From the human T2T-CHM13v2.0 reference genome, Homo sapiens: a stretch of 64,000 nucleotides of DNA. This document shows, one piece after another, positions 1 through 14,450 of this stretch (its first letter is position 1; each line of letters opens with the position of its first letter). The notes below the pieces were generated by a model, which searched no databases, was not told where the DNA came from, and saw nothing but the letters and a program-made list of their open reading frames with translations. The translations under genes were made by a program, and so were the position numbers. The stretch lies in the NCBI RefSeq assembly GCF_009914755.1, contig NC_060941.1. One strand, 5' to 3'.

Positions 1-2519
1 TGCTCTTTCTAAATTGGGCTAAAATTCATAAGGATCCAGATACATAAGGATATATTACTTCTTTGTTATATTTTGTGCTTTTATGGACCATACTGTCTCA
101 CTTTCTGTTCTGTTAATAATTTAGTGTGTTTTACTAGGCTGTGGTTATTAATTAGTTAATGAGCACTATCTCTGGACTGCAAAGCAGCAGTGATATAAAT
201 GCACCTGGGGAAGTTCACTGAGGGTTCATTCAGGAATGTGAGTTCTCTCGTAAGACAAAATAAGAAAATAAAGAATTATCTTTTCTTTACAGTCTGAGAG
301 AGAGAGAGAACTAGTACAACCTGAAGGACTAGAACCGGAAAATCAAGCTGATGGTAAGTAAGGAATAGGTCATATAAAAATGCAAGAGAGAGTTCTGGGC
401 TCCAAGTAATGAAAAGAGTAATAATGGACCATTAAGTAGTGTTTGTTCAAATGTCGGTGGATGGGAGGTATGACCACAGCCTAGGCTGACTTAACAGAAG
501 TTAACAAAGAGCCTTTCCTATTTTCTCAAGGGCTGCTATGAAATTACTTAAGGAGTAAGAAAGGATAACAAAGGCCCTGGCTGAGATTTTTGCTTCTGTA
601 GACGCAGGTGCAGAAAAGGCTGGTTCTAACACATCTTGTCAATGTCTTTAATGCCACCAGACTGATGAATATAGTGAAATATCTATCGTGATCCCATTTT
701 TACTTATTCAGTTGACATAATTAGCAAATCTATTAAGGGTAAGGTCACAAATTATTTTTAGTTATTAAACCATAGGTCTCCATATGTTACTGTTTAGACA
801 GTATCACCCAGTGCAGAATGTAGTTTTCAAGACTGTCATTCCTGCAACCTCAAATCTAGATCCAAATGCAGTCAGTTAAAGCAGATTTCAACCAGGCAGC
901 TAAACGAGAAAACATCTGGACCTACCAGTCAAAATGAGAAAGGTCACATGTTAAACCCAGATAATCTTGTTTATTGGTGTTTGAAGGTTATACACCAAGG
1001 GCTGGATTACCAGGGTGCTCCTTTAGGCCTGGCTCTGACATCTTCATTCACCTGCTGTGTGTGTGACGCTTTAAAATCCAAAGCTTTGAAAGTACTGTGT
1101 TATTAGTCACTTCCAAATGTAATTTTCCTAATTCTAAGCCTGAATACTATGTCAACCTATTGCTAGACTGCTGATTAGATCCTGGAAGAAACCGCAAGAC
1201 ACAACTGTCAGGGGCAGATGATGTCTATTCTTTTAAAAACTGTTTTCCACATTTCCATTCAGCATTTTTCTATGGATGAAGCACCTGTAATTTTCTCCAT
1301 CAAAATTAAGAAAAGAAAAGGCCTCTGAATAAGCAAGGAATAAAATTAAAAGATTGACATAGATTTCAGGATGATGATGAAGAAAGGGAGATTGAATCTT
1401 TCATTATTTTTCATAATTAGTATTATTTTATATACAAACAACTGAACCAAAATTGTTTATGTTGGAAGCAATTCCACATGCCAGTGCATATGAAACTATT
1501 ATGAAAACAGCAAAGTCAAGTTTCTTAAGACTTTACATGCTTTGGTCAGATCTTTTTAATCTTTTTTAGGTTGTGAACATCTTTGAGAACTGTACTCTTT
1601 GCCCAGAAAAAGGTACACATGCCCATAAACACGAAATTTCACATACTATTGATTGATTTCTCAAACCCTGAGATCTCAGGTTGAGAATCTCTGCCTCAGG
1701 CCTTTAAATAGGCTCAGGCTTAAAGACACCTCTGTGTTATATTTTGTAAACTTCATATAATAGTGGTTGGCATTTTTCAAATTTTTTGCTCAAGCATCCT
1801 CAAAAGAATTTTGAAAAATTATATATCTCTCTTATACATAGTGGACATTAAGTACATACTAAGTTGACATCTATAATTTTTCATCATGAGTTTAACTATT
1901 TTTAAACAAAAGAATACAGTTTGTGTATTGTAAATAATGATAGTTTAAACCATTACCACACCCTTTCAAATGTATCTACTTAGGAATATATACATATTTG
2001 TGATTTAATTTACTCCATCATGAATTTAAAAATACATAAGTAAGCTTTTCAAGAAAGTCAGGAAATTTCTCTTTGAACTTCTATTTCCATTTCACTACCC
2101 CCATGGAATTTTATCCTAATGTAGTACTCTTGTATGCTTGAGTCATCTATTGTTCATCCCATTATATGTATCTGCAGCAAAAAAAAAAAAAAAAACCCAA
2201 TAAAATATAGTTACTTTTGTTAACATGAAGTGCTATGTGTCAAAATGTGTTTTCTTCTGGATTGAATTAGCATTACAATTATTAACATACAATTGAGTAA
2301 AACAATATAGGTATATTATAATTTGATCAATAATTACCAAATACAAAAAGTAAAATTTATTGGGACTGTATCTCCTAATGAGAAGGATAGAGAGGAAATA
2401 AGTTATGAAAATTTGATAAAAGAAATTATCTAATTGATCCTTTGTTTGGCATCTTGGAAGTACTTACACCTTAGAGGTGGGTGAGAAATGTTCTTTTCTT
2501 TTATAAAGTGGAGAAGGAA

Positions 2520-2797
2520 GGCTGGGCATGGTGGCTTATGCCTGTAATCTCAGCAATTTGGGAGACCAAGGCGAGAAGATCACTTGAGTCTAGGAGTTCA
2601 AGACCAGCCTGGGCAACACAGTGAGACCCCTCTACAAAAAGTTAAAAAATTAGCAGGGCATGGTGGTGGGTGCCTGTAGACCTAGTTACTCAGGAGGTTG
2701 AGGTGGAAGTATTGCTTGAGCCCACGAGGTCAAGGCTACAGTGAACTGTGATTACACCACTGCACTCCAGCCTGGACAGCAGAGCAAGACCCTGTCT
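2520..2797 (+). mobile_element. AluJ-like
   Basis: Alu dimer whose tail is replaced by a purine microsatellite. Confidence 0.9.
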
Positions 2798-3055
2798 GAA
2801 AGAAAGAAAGAAAGAAAGAAAGAAAGAGAGGGAGAGAAAGAAAAAGAGGGAGAAAGGGAGGAAATAAAAAAAGAGAAAGAGAAAGAGAGAAGGAAAGAAA
2901 GAAAGAAAGAAAGAAAGGGAAAGAAAGACAGAAAGGGAAAGAAAGAAGGAAGGAAGGAAGGAAGAAAGGACGGAAGGAAGAAAGGAAGGAAGAAAAGGAA
3001 GGAAGGAAAGGAAGGAAGGAAGAAAGAAAGAAAGGAAGAAAGAAAAGAAAAAGCA
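2798..3055 (+). repeat. Polypurine (GAAA/GGAA/GAGA)n tract
   Basis: About 255 nt of almost pure A/G. Confidence 0.95.
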
Positions 3056-3961
3056 AGCAAGCTCAATGGCAGCAGTCTTCTAGGCAGATCAGTTTTAGGA
3101 AGAAGGGCAGAGAATATACTGAAGTTGCGGACCTGGAAATTGATTCTCTTAAAATTATCCCATGCAATCCTTGGAAAGTTTTCCCAGCATTTCAAGAACA
3201 CTACTAAAATAAAAGACCCCAATGCCAAAATGTACTCACATGCTGTTCTTCACTTTAGTTAATGAACCAATAATTATTTAGTGAGCACTTGTGAACACTG
3301 CAGGGGATAAATGGATGAATGGATGGTTGGATGGAAAGGCAGAAAGAAAAATGGATAAACACTGAGCATTTACTATATTCCCAGAACTTTGGCACAAAAG
3401 AACACAACTATAAAAGACTGTTCTTGCCATGTCTTTGGGACACAATCAAGTACAATAACACCCTGCCACAATACAATGTGTACAAATTTGGATGTAAAAG
3501 GATTGCTGATTGCCTCCAGTTGTCTACCCTTGCCCACTTCTCAGACAAGAGCAAGCTAAAGTTCTTATGGGAATGGATAGGAAGTAATTGCTTCAAGATC
3601 ATTTGGGTCTTTTAAGGTTTACAATTGTGTCCAGTTTAAACTTCACTGTCATTGCTTTGTGCTTTTTGTAACAGTATATTAAAAACAAAACAAAACACAA
3701 AACCACCTACTATATTTCATTTACTTGCAATAATATGACCCCCATATTTTACAAGATAAAATTTCGGGATCCCATCTACTATGTTGTGGAGAGAGCTCAT
3801 GTACTCTTCTTGTCTCCGACACTATTCTCTTTCATGCAAACTACAACACAAAAACAAAAACAAAACAGAACACCCAAAACCCAAAATCCCTTTGGGCTGA
3901 CAAATTACAAAAAATTTGATAGTTCTGATGAGCCAGGACAGGATTTTGTTCAGTCTTCAGT

Positions 3962-4153
3962 CCAGTGGTGTTCTGGTAATTGCTTAACAACCAGCTCAGG
4001 ATCGGGGAAGGGCTTATTTGTGGCATTTGCTGATTTCAGTGGTATAAATACTCCACCATGGCCAATTTCAAGCTACCATCATGGAGTCAGCCAGCATACA
4101 AAATTGTTGAAAATTTAACAAGCAGCTATGAGCTGATTCTGGCACACCACTGG
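3962..4153 (-). mobile_element. MER63-like hAT DNA transposon
   Basis: Terminal inverted repeats CCAGTGGTG / CACCACTGG; recalled internal similarity. Confidence 0.75.
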
Positions 4154-4390
4154 GACTCCTCATTTATCCCTCAGCAGGGTACCTTCCTCTAGCTATCAAA
4201 TGGCACCAAGGTACACAATGGCTCGGGTCACCGTGCCTGGTGCCAAAGTTTATTTGAGAAGCAGAACTCACTTGGCAAGAAAAGCTGCTATGAAAGTTAG
4301 CAGGCACATAAGGGTGTTTCATGCGTTCTCTTAATCCAGCTGGAAGGAGGCACCAACACTACTGCTTAACAGACAAAGAATGCAAAAAGA

Positions 4391-4842
<452 letters not shown>

Positions 4843-4932
4843 TTAGTTTGCTGTGCTACGCAGCTTAGTTATGAAAAAAAAAAAAAAGAAGAAAAGAAAA
4901 TCCAGAGATGTTTTCTGTTAAAAAGTTTCAAG

Positions 4933-5257
<325 letters not shown>

Positions 5258-5419
5258 TTACCCGTTTGACACAGTACAAGCTGTAAAGCTCTGCCCATGG
5301 TAAGCACTTACAGAAATCCCCTGTGAGTGAACTTCTGCAGCACAGCACTGCTGATTTTGTAAGATAACCCCTGCATCCCATGAGTGACAGGTCTTGATCT
5401 GGGCTTGAGAGATGTAATA

Positions 5420-5610
5420 TTTTGATAAAAAACGGCACTTCCTTTTGAAGCATATATTTGCGTGTACTAAGCAGTACCGCGGGAGCCTCAGCGAGTGCCT
5501 AAGCGAGGCTGACGCGGTCTCTCCCAGCTCGCTCCAGCCACCCTTCTTCACACATCTAAATGTGGCGGTAATTAGCATCCATAAACCACACATGTGGCTT
5601 AATTTTTTTT
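5420..5610. promoter_or_regulatory. Candidate lymphoid intronic enhancer in IKZF3 intron 3
   Basis: Non-repeat CpG cluster with ETS/PU.1 (AAAAGGAAGTG, minus, 5436-5446), octamer-like ATTAGCAT 5571-5578, RUNX AACCACA 5585-5591 and an E-box. Confidence 0.55.
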
Positions 5611-6022
5611 CCCCTTTCAGAAGCATCAAAGTAGTTTGTACTTCTTCTAAGCACCAAAGAGTTGTACACCTCAAAAGGGACCGAGACTATGCCATGGGAA
5701 GCTACTGAAGATGGGAGTTATTTCTCCTAAGGGGAAGAAGAATTATTTTTTTCAGCAAGCTTTCTAATTAAAGTTCTTATCTTTGATCTAAGCATCTACA
5801 CTGCACAAGATGTCACAATGGAGAAAATATAAGGCCTTTCAAAAGTGATCAAATTCAACTTTTCTCTTGGAATCAGGCAAGACCCATAGCTTGTACAGAA
5901 TGGAAGTAATTAAATACATACACCGATTGATCACCACTGCACAATTAATTAAAAAAGAAATCTATTTCATGATGGGTATTGGGTCTATTTGATATTTAGT
6001 TACAGAGCCAGGAGATGAAGGG

Positions 6023-6472
6023 TGTACTGTGTTGAATAGTGTCCCTCCTAAATTCATGTCCTCCTGGAACCTCAGAATGTGACTTTATTTGGAAATATCG
6101 TCATAGTAGATGTAATTAGTTAAGATGAGGTCACACTGGATTAGGGTAGGCCCTAAATCCAATGACTAGTCTCCCTAGAGGAGGACAGAAACAGGAGATG
6201 CCCACAGAGATGAAGCCCACGTGACAATGGAGGCAGAGATTAGAGTTATGCTGCCATGACCAAGGAACACCAGGCATTGCTGGAAGTCACCAGAAGCCAG
6301 AAAGAGGCAAAAAAGAACTCTTCCCTAGGCCCTTCCCATGGTCCTGCTGACATCTTAATTTTGAACTTCTACCCTCCAGAATAGTAAAAAATTTCTGTTG
6401 CTTTGTGACAAACTGGTGTTTTGTCACCCAGTTTGTGGTAATTTATTATGGAAGCCCTGGAAAACTAAGACA
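6023..6472 (+). mobile_element. MLT1 (MaLR) solo LTR
   Basis: GAACCTCAGAATGTGAC...TAAGATGAGGTCA...GGAGGCAGAGATT, ending AAACTAAGACA. Confidence 0.85.
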
Positions 6473-7969
6473 GAGGGTAAATGTGCAACTCAGGCAGGGT
6501 AAACAGCTAGTGTTGATGGGTATCGAGGTATCGTGTGTACTTTTTACCCCTACAGCAGCTCCAGAACAAATGGCTTGTGTAAATAGAGATAGTGGATGAT
6601 GGGGGCTGCTGAAAAATAGGGGGCCAGTAGAGTGTTAAATACAGGGGGTCAGTAGCCCAACTTTTATTCCTCAGCTATTCAAAGAGGAAAAAATACTATC
6701 GGCAAATGCATCATACCCTCATAACATATACATGCTCATGACAGAACCTTTCCTTCTATTTTCTAAGTGGGAAATGGCAAAGACGGGAATCCAATTTCAG
6801 AGGAAGAAGGACTGAAACAAAAAGTCGCAAGAGTTCTATTTCAGTCGTTCAGGCCTTAAGGCCATGTCTTTTCCACTAATTTAAGCACCTAATTACATTC
6901 TCTCTGAAATTGTTTGTGCATGACAATTGCCTTGCTGGGATGACATTCCACCATCTCGAGTCTTATCTCTACCTAGTTAATATCCCTCAGTACACTAGCA
7001 TGAAACACATCTTCCCTCTAGCCTTGATACTCAGAGGTTTTTATTTTTTAGTTGCTCTGTGATCATAGGCCAAGATATAAGCAACAATAATATTCTTTCT
7101 CATGATATTTTATAAAATTGTTTTAACTCTTGCTTTTGACATCACAGTATCTTGCTGACATTTTAGATCCAAGTAGAAGGTCCCAAATCTTTTGTATTCA
7201 GTAAAGTGGCTGTGATATTCCCAGCACTCATTGGATGCTAAACAAAAATAAAGACTTGGGGATCTCTGGGTTATTTCCTATGGCTCAAGATCAGTCTGAA
7301 GATAGTTACAGTTGGTCACTAAGAGGAAGAGAAATAATAATTGTTCATAAGAGTGAATGAGCAGGCTAGAAAAAGAACTCTGAATTTCTTCATTTCTTCT
7401 GCTTTCCAAACTGGTTGGATTATATCACTTCATAGGTAAGTATTCTTAGAAAGATGTAAATATAGGTTAGGGCTTCTTTTTTCAAAAAGTTTATGATATA
7501 ATGGGGTGAAACCTTGTCATGCACAAACAATTTCGAACAGAATATAATTACGTGTTTAAATAAGTACTAACTAAACATACTCTTAAAAATTCAGCTCTGA
7601 GACCACACTGTGGAAGGTGGGATAGTATAAAAAGGCCTCCTGGAGGAAATAAACTTGAGTTGATGTAAATATTTGCCAGTGCTTGTTAGATTTAAATTTT
7701 CAGGAATAAAGGAGAAAACCAACTAAATGGTAACACAACATTTAGTCTACATATGGTTTTATTTATGTCTAATTAATTTATGTAAATAGAGCTATATCAA
7801 CTATACATGCATGTGATAAAAAGCTGTTAGTGATATATATTTTTCTGATTTTTAAAATAATAGTATTAGAATCCTCACTGATGCCCTTTTGAAATGGTTA
7901 CACAAACACTGTTCCTTTCAAGTGCCAAATCTTTTCTTAACTCATCATACAATAAATGTATACACTAGG

Positions 7970-8194
7970 TTAGGAGTAAGGGAATTATGGCCTGCAGGTC
8001 AAATCCAACCCACTGCCTATTTTTTTAAATAAAGTTTTATTGGTACAAAGCCACTCACATTCATTTATGTATCTTCTACAGTTGTCTTACCTTGCAATGG
8101 CAGAGTTGAGAAGATGCAACAGAGATTGTATAGCCCACAAAGCCTAAGATATTTACTATCTGGTCCTTTACAGAAAAAGTTTGCCAATACCTGC
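7970..8194 (+). mobile_element. MER58A-like hAT MITE
   Basis: AATAAAGTTTTATTGG...ATATTTACTATCTGGTCCTTTACAGAAAAAGTTTGCC. Confidence 0.82.
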
Positions 8195-8279
8195 ACTAGG
8201 CTCCTGGGAATATACTGTAAAAAATTACCACAATGTCTGTGGGATCACAAGCAAGCGTATTTATGTTCAAAGTTAATAC

Positions 8280-8599
<320 letters not shown>

Positions 8600-9009
8600 T
8601 AAAGTTTTTTCCAAGTATTTTTGTTTTGTTTTCCAAACTTACTCTAGTTGGGTAAAGCCTTTTCCCCTAGAAATTAGTCTGTCTTTCCGCAAGAGAAAAA
8701 ATAAAGTGAGTGTTTCCATCAGGGTGTGAAATTTTCTATAAAACAATTTTCTAAGAACTGGAAGCTTATAAAGATGCACACGATATTTCATTTTTTAACA
8801 TATACATTAAACATGATTGCAATTATTCTGAATTTTAAACACTCCAGACAAGTCTTTGGTTCCTAAAATCTTTCAAATGACATTAAAAAATAAATGCTGC
8901 CATTAAACTTAAACAGAATAGAATTCTCTAACATTTTAAAATAATTATTACATTGTAGCTAAATTCCCCTAATTACCTTTAAAAGTATAATTCTAATTCT
9001 AGTCTTCTT

Positions 9010-9173
9010 TTTTTATAGATGGAGTCTTGCTATATTGCCCAGGCTGGAGTGCACTGGCTATTCATAGGTGTAATCATGATGCACAACAGCTTCAAACGCC
9101 TGGGCTCAAGTGATCCTCCTGCCTCAGCCTCTTGAGTAGCTGGGACTACAGTCTTGTGTCACAGTACCGGGCC
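9010..9173 (-). mobile_element. Alu monomer (FAM/FLAM-like)
   Basis: Single diverged Alu arm; CTAA(T/C)TCTAGTCTT on both sides. Confidence 0.8.
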
Positions 9174-9407
9174 TAACTCTAGTCTTAAATGTTTTCCTGT
9201 GCTGCATATGGCAGTGGTACCTTATTATGCAGTAGGTATAACTTCTATCGGGCAATGCTGTTTTTACATTCTATTACTTTTATAATTTAGCATGTATAAT
9301 TTATACATACTGATCATATTATATATTTTATAAAAGCAGGGTCCTGGTAACCACCTTTTCCAAACATATATGACCCAGATTAAGTGCCAGTGTTAATAGT
9401 ACAGTAG

Positions 9408-10082
9408 AGTAGTCCCCCCTTATTCACAGAGGATACTTTCCAAGACCTCCAGCGGATGTCTGAAATTGCAGATGGTACCAAACCCTATATACAGTCACAT
9501 GCTCCTTAATGATGGGATGCATTCTAAGCAGTGGATCATCAGGTGATTTCATCATTATGCAAACATTATAGAGCACACTGTATTTATACAAACCTAGACA
9601 GTATGGCCTACTACAAACCTCGGGTATATGGTACAGCCTATTGCTCTTAGACTGTACAGCATGTTATGGGTACAGCATGTTACTGTACTGAATACTGTAG
9701 GCAACTGTAACACAATGGTAAGTATTTGTATATCTAAACTTAGAAAAGATACAGTAAAAATAGGTCTTAACTTATGAGACCACCACTGTTTTTGCAGTTC
9801 ATCATTGACCCAAACATTATGTGGTATATGACTGAATACTACGTTTTTTCCTATACATACATACCTATGATAAAGTTTTAATTTATAAATCTGGCATAGT
9901 AAGAAATTAGTAACAATAACAATAAAATAGAACAATTACAACACTATACTATAATAAAAGGTACATAATTGTTGACTCTCTCTCAAAATATTTTATTGTA
10001 CTGAACTCACCTATTTTGGGATCATGGTTGACCATGGAACTGAAACTGCAGAAAGTGAAACCGCAGAGAAGGGGGACTACTA
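9408..10082 (+). mobile_element. Tigger2a/MER8-like element with nested Tigger3/MER7-like MITE (9492-9834)
   Basis: Outer TIRs AGTAGTCCCCC / GGGGGACTACT; inner TIRs CAGTCA / TGACTG following TA. Confidence 0.8.
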
Positions 10083-10148
10083 TAATCTGTTTGCAGATTA
10101 ATCACAAAATAATGGAATGATCTTTCAACGTTAAAATTAGCCTACTCA

Positions 10149-10440
10149 GGCCAGGAGTGGTGTAATCCTAGCACTTCGGGAGGCTGAGGTGGGCAGATCA
10201 CTTGAGGTCAGGAGTTTGAGACCAGTCTGGCCATCTAGTAGAGATGGTAAAACCCCGTCTCTCCTAAAAATATAAAAATTAGCCAGGCATGATGGCACAT
10301 GCCTGTAGTCCCAGCTACTCAGGAGGCTGAGGCACGAGAATCACTTGAAATTAGGAGGCGGAGTTTGCAGTGAGCTGAGCTCGCACCACCGCACTCCAGC
10401 CTGGGCAACAGAGCAACAACAAAAACAAAACAACAACAAA
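10149..10440 (+). mobile_element. AluS-like
   Basis: Alu dimer with (CAA)n tail. Confidence 0.9.
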
Positions 10441-11150
10441 ATTAGCGTATTCATTTCTTTCTGAATGAAGCTTAAAGTAAATAACTGTTTCTTTTCTCTT
10501 TCCCAAATTATTTAGAGTGATTGATCATATCTTCTCTATCAAGAACTGCATGACACTCCTAGACCCCTAGCAACTGAGAAAAATAATTTATTTACACAAA
10601 CATCCTATTAACCCATTGACATGTAGTTGGAGGTAAGGCGATACTATTGTATGGGTTCCTAACAAGGTGCTTCACCACTTGGGTTTTTACAATATTTATT
10701 TTAAATTCCTATTGTTGAATGGAAATTATTGGTTTCTTGTTTATGTTTGAGTATTTAATCTGTTTTTTTTACCACAAACTATCTGAAAATATAAAACTCA
10801 TAGGCTACCCCTGAACCCAAAGTAAATTTATAACATAAATTATAAATTCCCAAACCAACAGTGGCATAGGGATCACTATTTCAACTACAAATTTAATGGT
10901 ATTACCTACCAGAACTCAGAAACTGTAACTCAGAAAAAAAACAAGCCACAGGCACAGCTATCATTTGCCTCATTCTGAGTGAGACTCCATGGATGTCACC
11001 TTCAAGAAGTTGCACGAAGCTGATACAACATCATATGCCTTTCCTCAGCACAAATGACCACATCCTGTGCCAGGCAGCATTTTTCTGTCTCTGTGGTTAA
11101 AAACTGGTACAAATTAATGTATAGCTCAGTACAGCTGGAATGTTAGTTGA

Positions 11151-11545
<395 letters not shown>

Positions 11546-11603
11546 TATTTTCTTTTCTTCCTTTAAGAAACTCATGTATACACACATATAACTGACCTAG
11601 GGC

Positions 11604-11870
11604 TTTCATTTAGTCACTTACTCAACAAATATTTATTGCACACCTACCACAGTAGGGCCAGGTACTGTTCTAGGTACTGTAAATATCTAGCAAGGAAAAA
11701 AATAGCCCAAGAAGGCTGGAAGGAGAGTAGACACTAAACAAAACTCCAAAGTTATCTGTGTTCAGTGTCATGCGATGAATTAAAACAGGGCTGTGTTAAA
11801 ATAGTGACTGAATTGTCAGGAAAAGCTTTTCTGAAGAAATGACATTTAAGATGAGATCTGAGTAACAGAG
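11604..11870 (-). mobile_element. L2 3' fragment
   Basis: TTCATT...CAACAAATATTTATTG...CACCTAC L2 terminus. Confidence 0.65.
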
Positions 11871-14150
11871 TAACATTCATAAAGCAAAAGTGATTAGATT
11901 TATCAACATAAATATCACTATAAAATGTGAGCAATATTAATGTGAATATAATGCTCAAAACTCACAAAAAAGCCTGGAAGTAAGTACTCTGTAATGCTAT
12001 TAGAGACTATCTTTGGGTGGTAGGATAGAGGTGGGGTTTTCTTTTTTCTTTCTATTTCAATGAACTTTCCAAACTGTGGTATAATACAAAAACATATTTG
12101 GTCTTTGTTCCTGCTCCCAGGATCAAGCACAGAACTTCTAAGCCCTTGGAATTTCCTAAGTGATAGGAGTATTGTTTTGCTTTGTTTTGTTTTGTTTTGT
12201 TTTTCTCACTAGATCCTCCTGCCTCAGCTTCTAAGTAGCAGGGGCAGGAGTGTCTTTTGTATTCATAACGAGCCCCTTTCAATAGCACCTTAGATTATGC
12301 TAACGAGGTAGCTGAGGCTGGGGCCACTAGACAGCCTCAGGATGGAGCTGTTCACCAGAAGGACCTGGTAATTAGAGCGTTGGACCTTTCAGCCCCACCC
12401 AGTGACCTCAGGGAAGAAGAGAGAGGAAAGGGAGCTGGAGATTGAGTCCTATAAACGTTCTTGAACAACAAGATTCAGAGAGCTTCAGGAGCTGGGGGTG
12501 TGGCATGCCCAGAGAAAGTATGGAAGCTCCACGTCACCCCTTCCTTGCTCTATGCCTCCCTTCCATTTGGCTGTTCCTGAGTTGTATCTTTTATAATAAA
12601 CTGGTAATGATAAGTAAAGAAACTTTTTGAGCTCTGTGGGTCATTCCAGAAAATTACTAAACCTGAGGAAGGATGTGGGAACACTCAAATTTGCCCAAGT
12701 TGGAAGAAGTGTGGGTCACCTGAGGGCCTGGTACTTGAGACTGGTGTCTGAAGTAGGGGCGGTCTGTGGGACTGAGCCCTTAACCTGTGTGGTCTGTACT
12801 AATTCTCAGAGTTAGTATCAGAATTGAATTGAATTGTTGGACACCCAACAACGGAATGGCCTAGAGATTTGGTTGTGGATGGAAAACACCCCAGAATTGG
12901 AGTGGGATTTGCTAGATCAGCCCAGGCTCACAGAAACATATGGTTTGGAAGGATAAAATAAAAGGGTAGGGGATGAGGAAATTTTGATTCCTGAGTGGCC
13001 ATATAGTCACCTAAGGAGCAGCAAAGGGGCTGTGATCAGTTACTAAAGGTAAAAGTTACCAGTGAAATTTAAAGATGAACCCAACTCCTGGGGAGCTGGT
13101 TCACTGAATGCTTAAGGAAATGCAAACTAATAAGAAAAAAGTGAAATACACAATCCAATGGTTATTGTTATCTGCAACAGCTAAAATGAAAGTTAAAAAG
13201 AGTGTTGGGTTGGACCTTGATGCTGAACCACGCTCAGATTCTGGTGGGCCTGAACTTCGGATGCTAGACCCAAAGCTGCCTCTAATGGAAAAAATATGTG
13301 GGAAAAACAGAAAATACCTCTAAGATCTCTGGTCACCAAAAAGAGAGTCCAGGTAGGGGAGGGCAAAACCAAGAAACTACTGAAACCAGGGGGTATAGTG
13401 TGAAAGAGTTACTTTATTTTGTAGATCAGTACCATCAGCTTCCTAAAGAATTTTGACTAAAATGAATTGTAAGAATAAATAATTTAGGGGCAGTATCTTG
13501 GCTTTTAAATGCTTCAGAGTGGAAGAGCATGTTTGGGTTTATATAGGATCCACAGCTCACTATGGAACAATCACAGATGGCTACACATGATCCAGACACA
13601 GAGCAGGTCATTCCTAAGGGAACAGCTGACCTGGTGGACCAGATAAGAGCCATTATAAGGTCTATTTACCCTGAGAAAGGGAACTATCTGACTTCCCCTT
13701 TCAATGCCAACTGGAATACCCCAGATGAAGCAGCTGATATGCTTCATATGCAAGCCATGTGGAACTGGCTTTGTGATAATCAAGATTCACACATTGAATA
13801 TGCCCATTACCCAGGTGATATGGTTTGGCTGTGTCCCCACCCAAATCTCATCTTGAATTGTAAGCCCCATAATCCCATGTCATAGGAGGGACCCAGTGGG
13901 AGGTAAATGAATCATGGAGGTGGTTTCCCCCATGCTGTTCTCGTGACAGTGAGTGAGTTCTCACAAGATCTGATGGTTTAATGAGTATCCGATATTTCCC
14001 CTCTGGCACTCACTCTCTCTTCTGCCACCCTGTGAAGAGGTACTTTCTGCCATGATTGTAAGTTTCCTGAGGCCTCCCCAGCCATGCAGAACTGTGAGTC
14101 AATTAAACTTCTTTTCTTCTTTATAAATTACCCAGTCTTGGGTATTTCTT

Positions 14151-14450
14151 TCTTTTTTTTTTTTTTTTTTGAGATGGAGTCTTGCTCTGTTGCCCAGCCT
14201 GGAGTGCAGTGGCGCGATCTTGGCTCACTGCAAGCTCCGCCTCCTGGATTCACACCATTCTCCTGCCTCAGCCTCCTGAGTAGCTGGAACTACAGGTGCC
14301 CACCACCACGCCCAGCTAATTTTTTGTATTTTTAGTAGAGACAGGGTTTCACCATGTTAGCCAAGATGGTCTCGATCTCCTGACCTCATGATCTGCCTGC
14401 CTCAGCCTCCCAAAGTGCTGGGATTATAGGCATGAGCCACCGTGCCCAGC
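14151..14450 (-). mobile_element. AluY-like insertion in THE1 5' LTR
   Basis: Full Alu; TSD TGGGTATTTCTT (14139-14150, 14451-14462). Confidence 0.93.

Noticed and set aside
1760-2470. Possible old hAT/Charlie-type fragment
   Set aside because: Too diverged to name or bound without a repeat search.
2736-3262. 173-aa K/E/R-rich ORF and antisense F/L/S-rich ORFs
   Set aside because: Translation of an Alu end plus a purine microsatellite that lacks stop codons.
13562-13885. 107-aa gag-like ORF as a domesticated gene
   Set aside because: Surrounded by stops and frameshifts and runs into the THE1 LTR.
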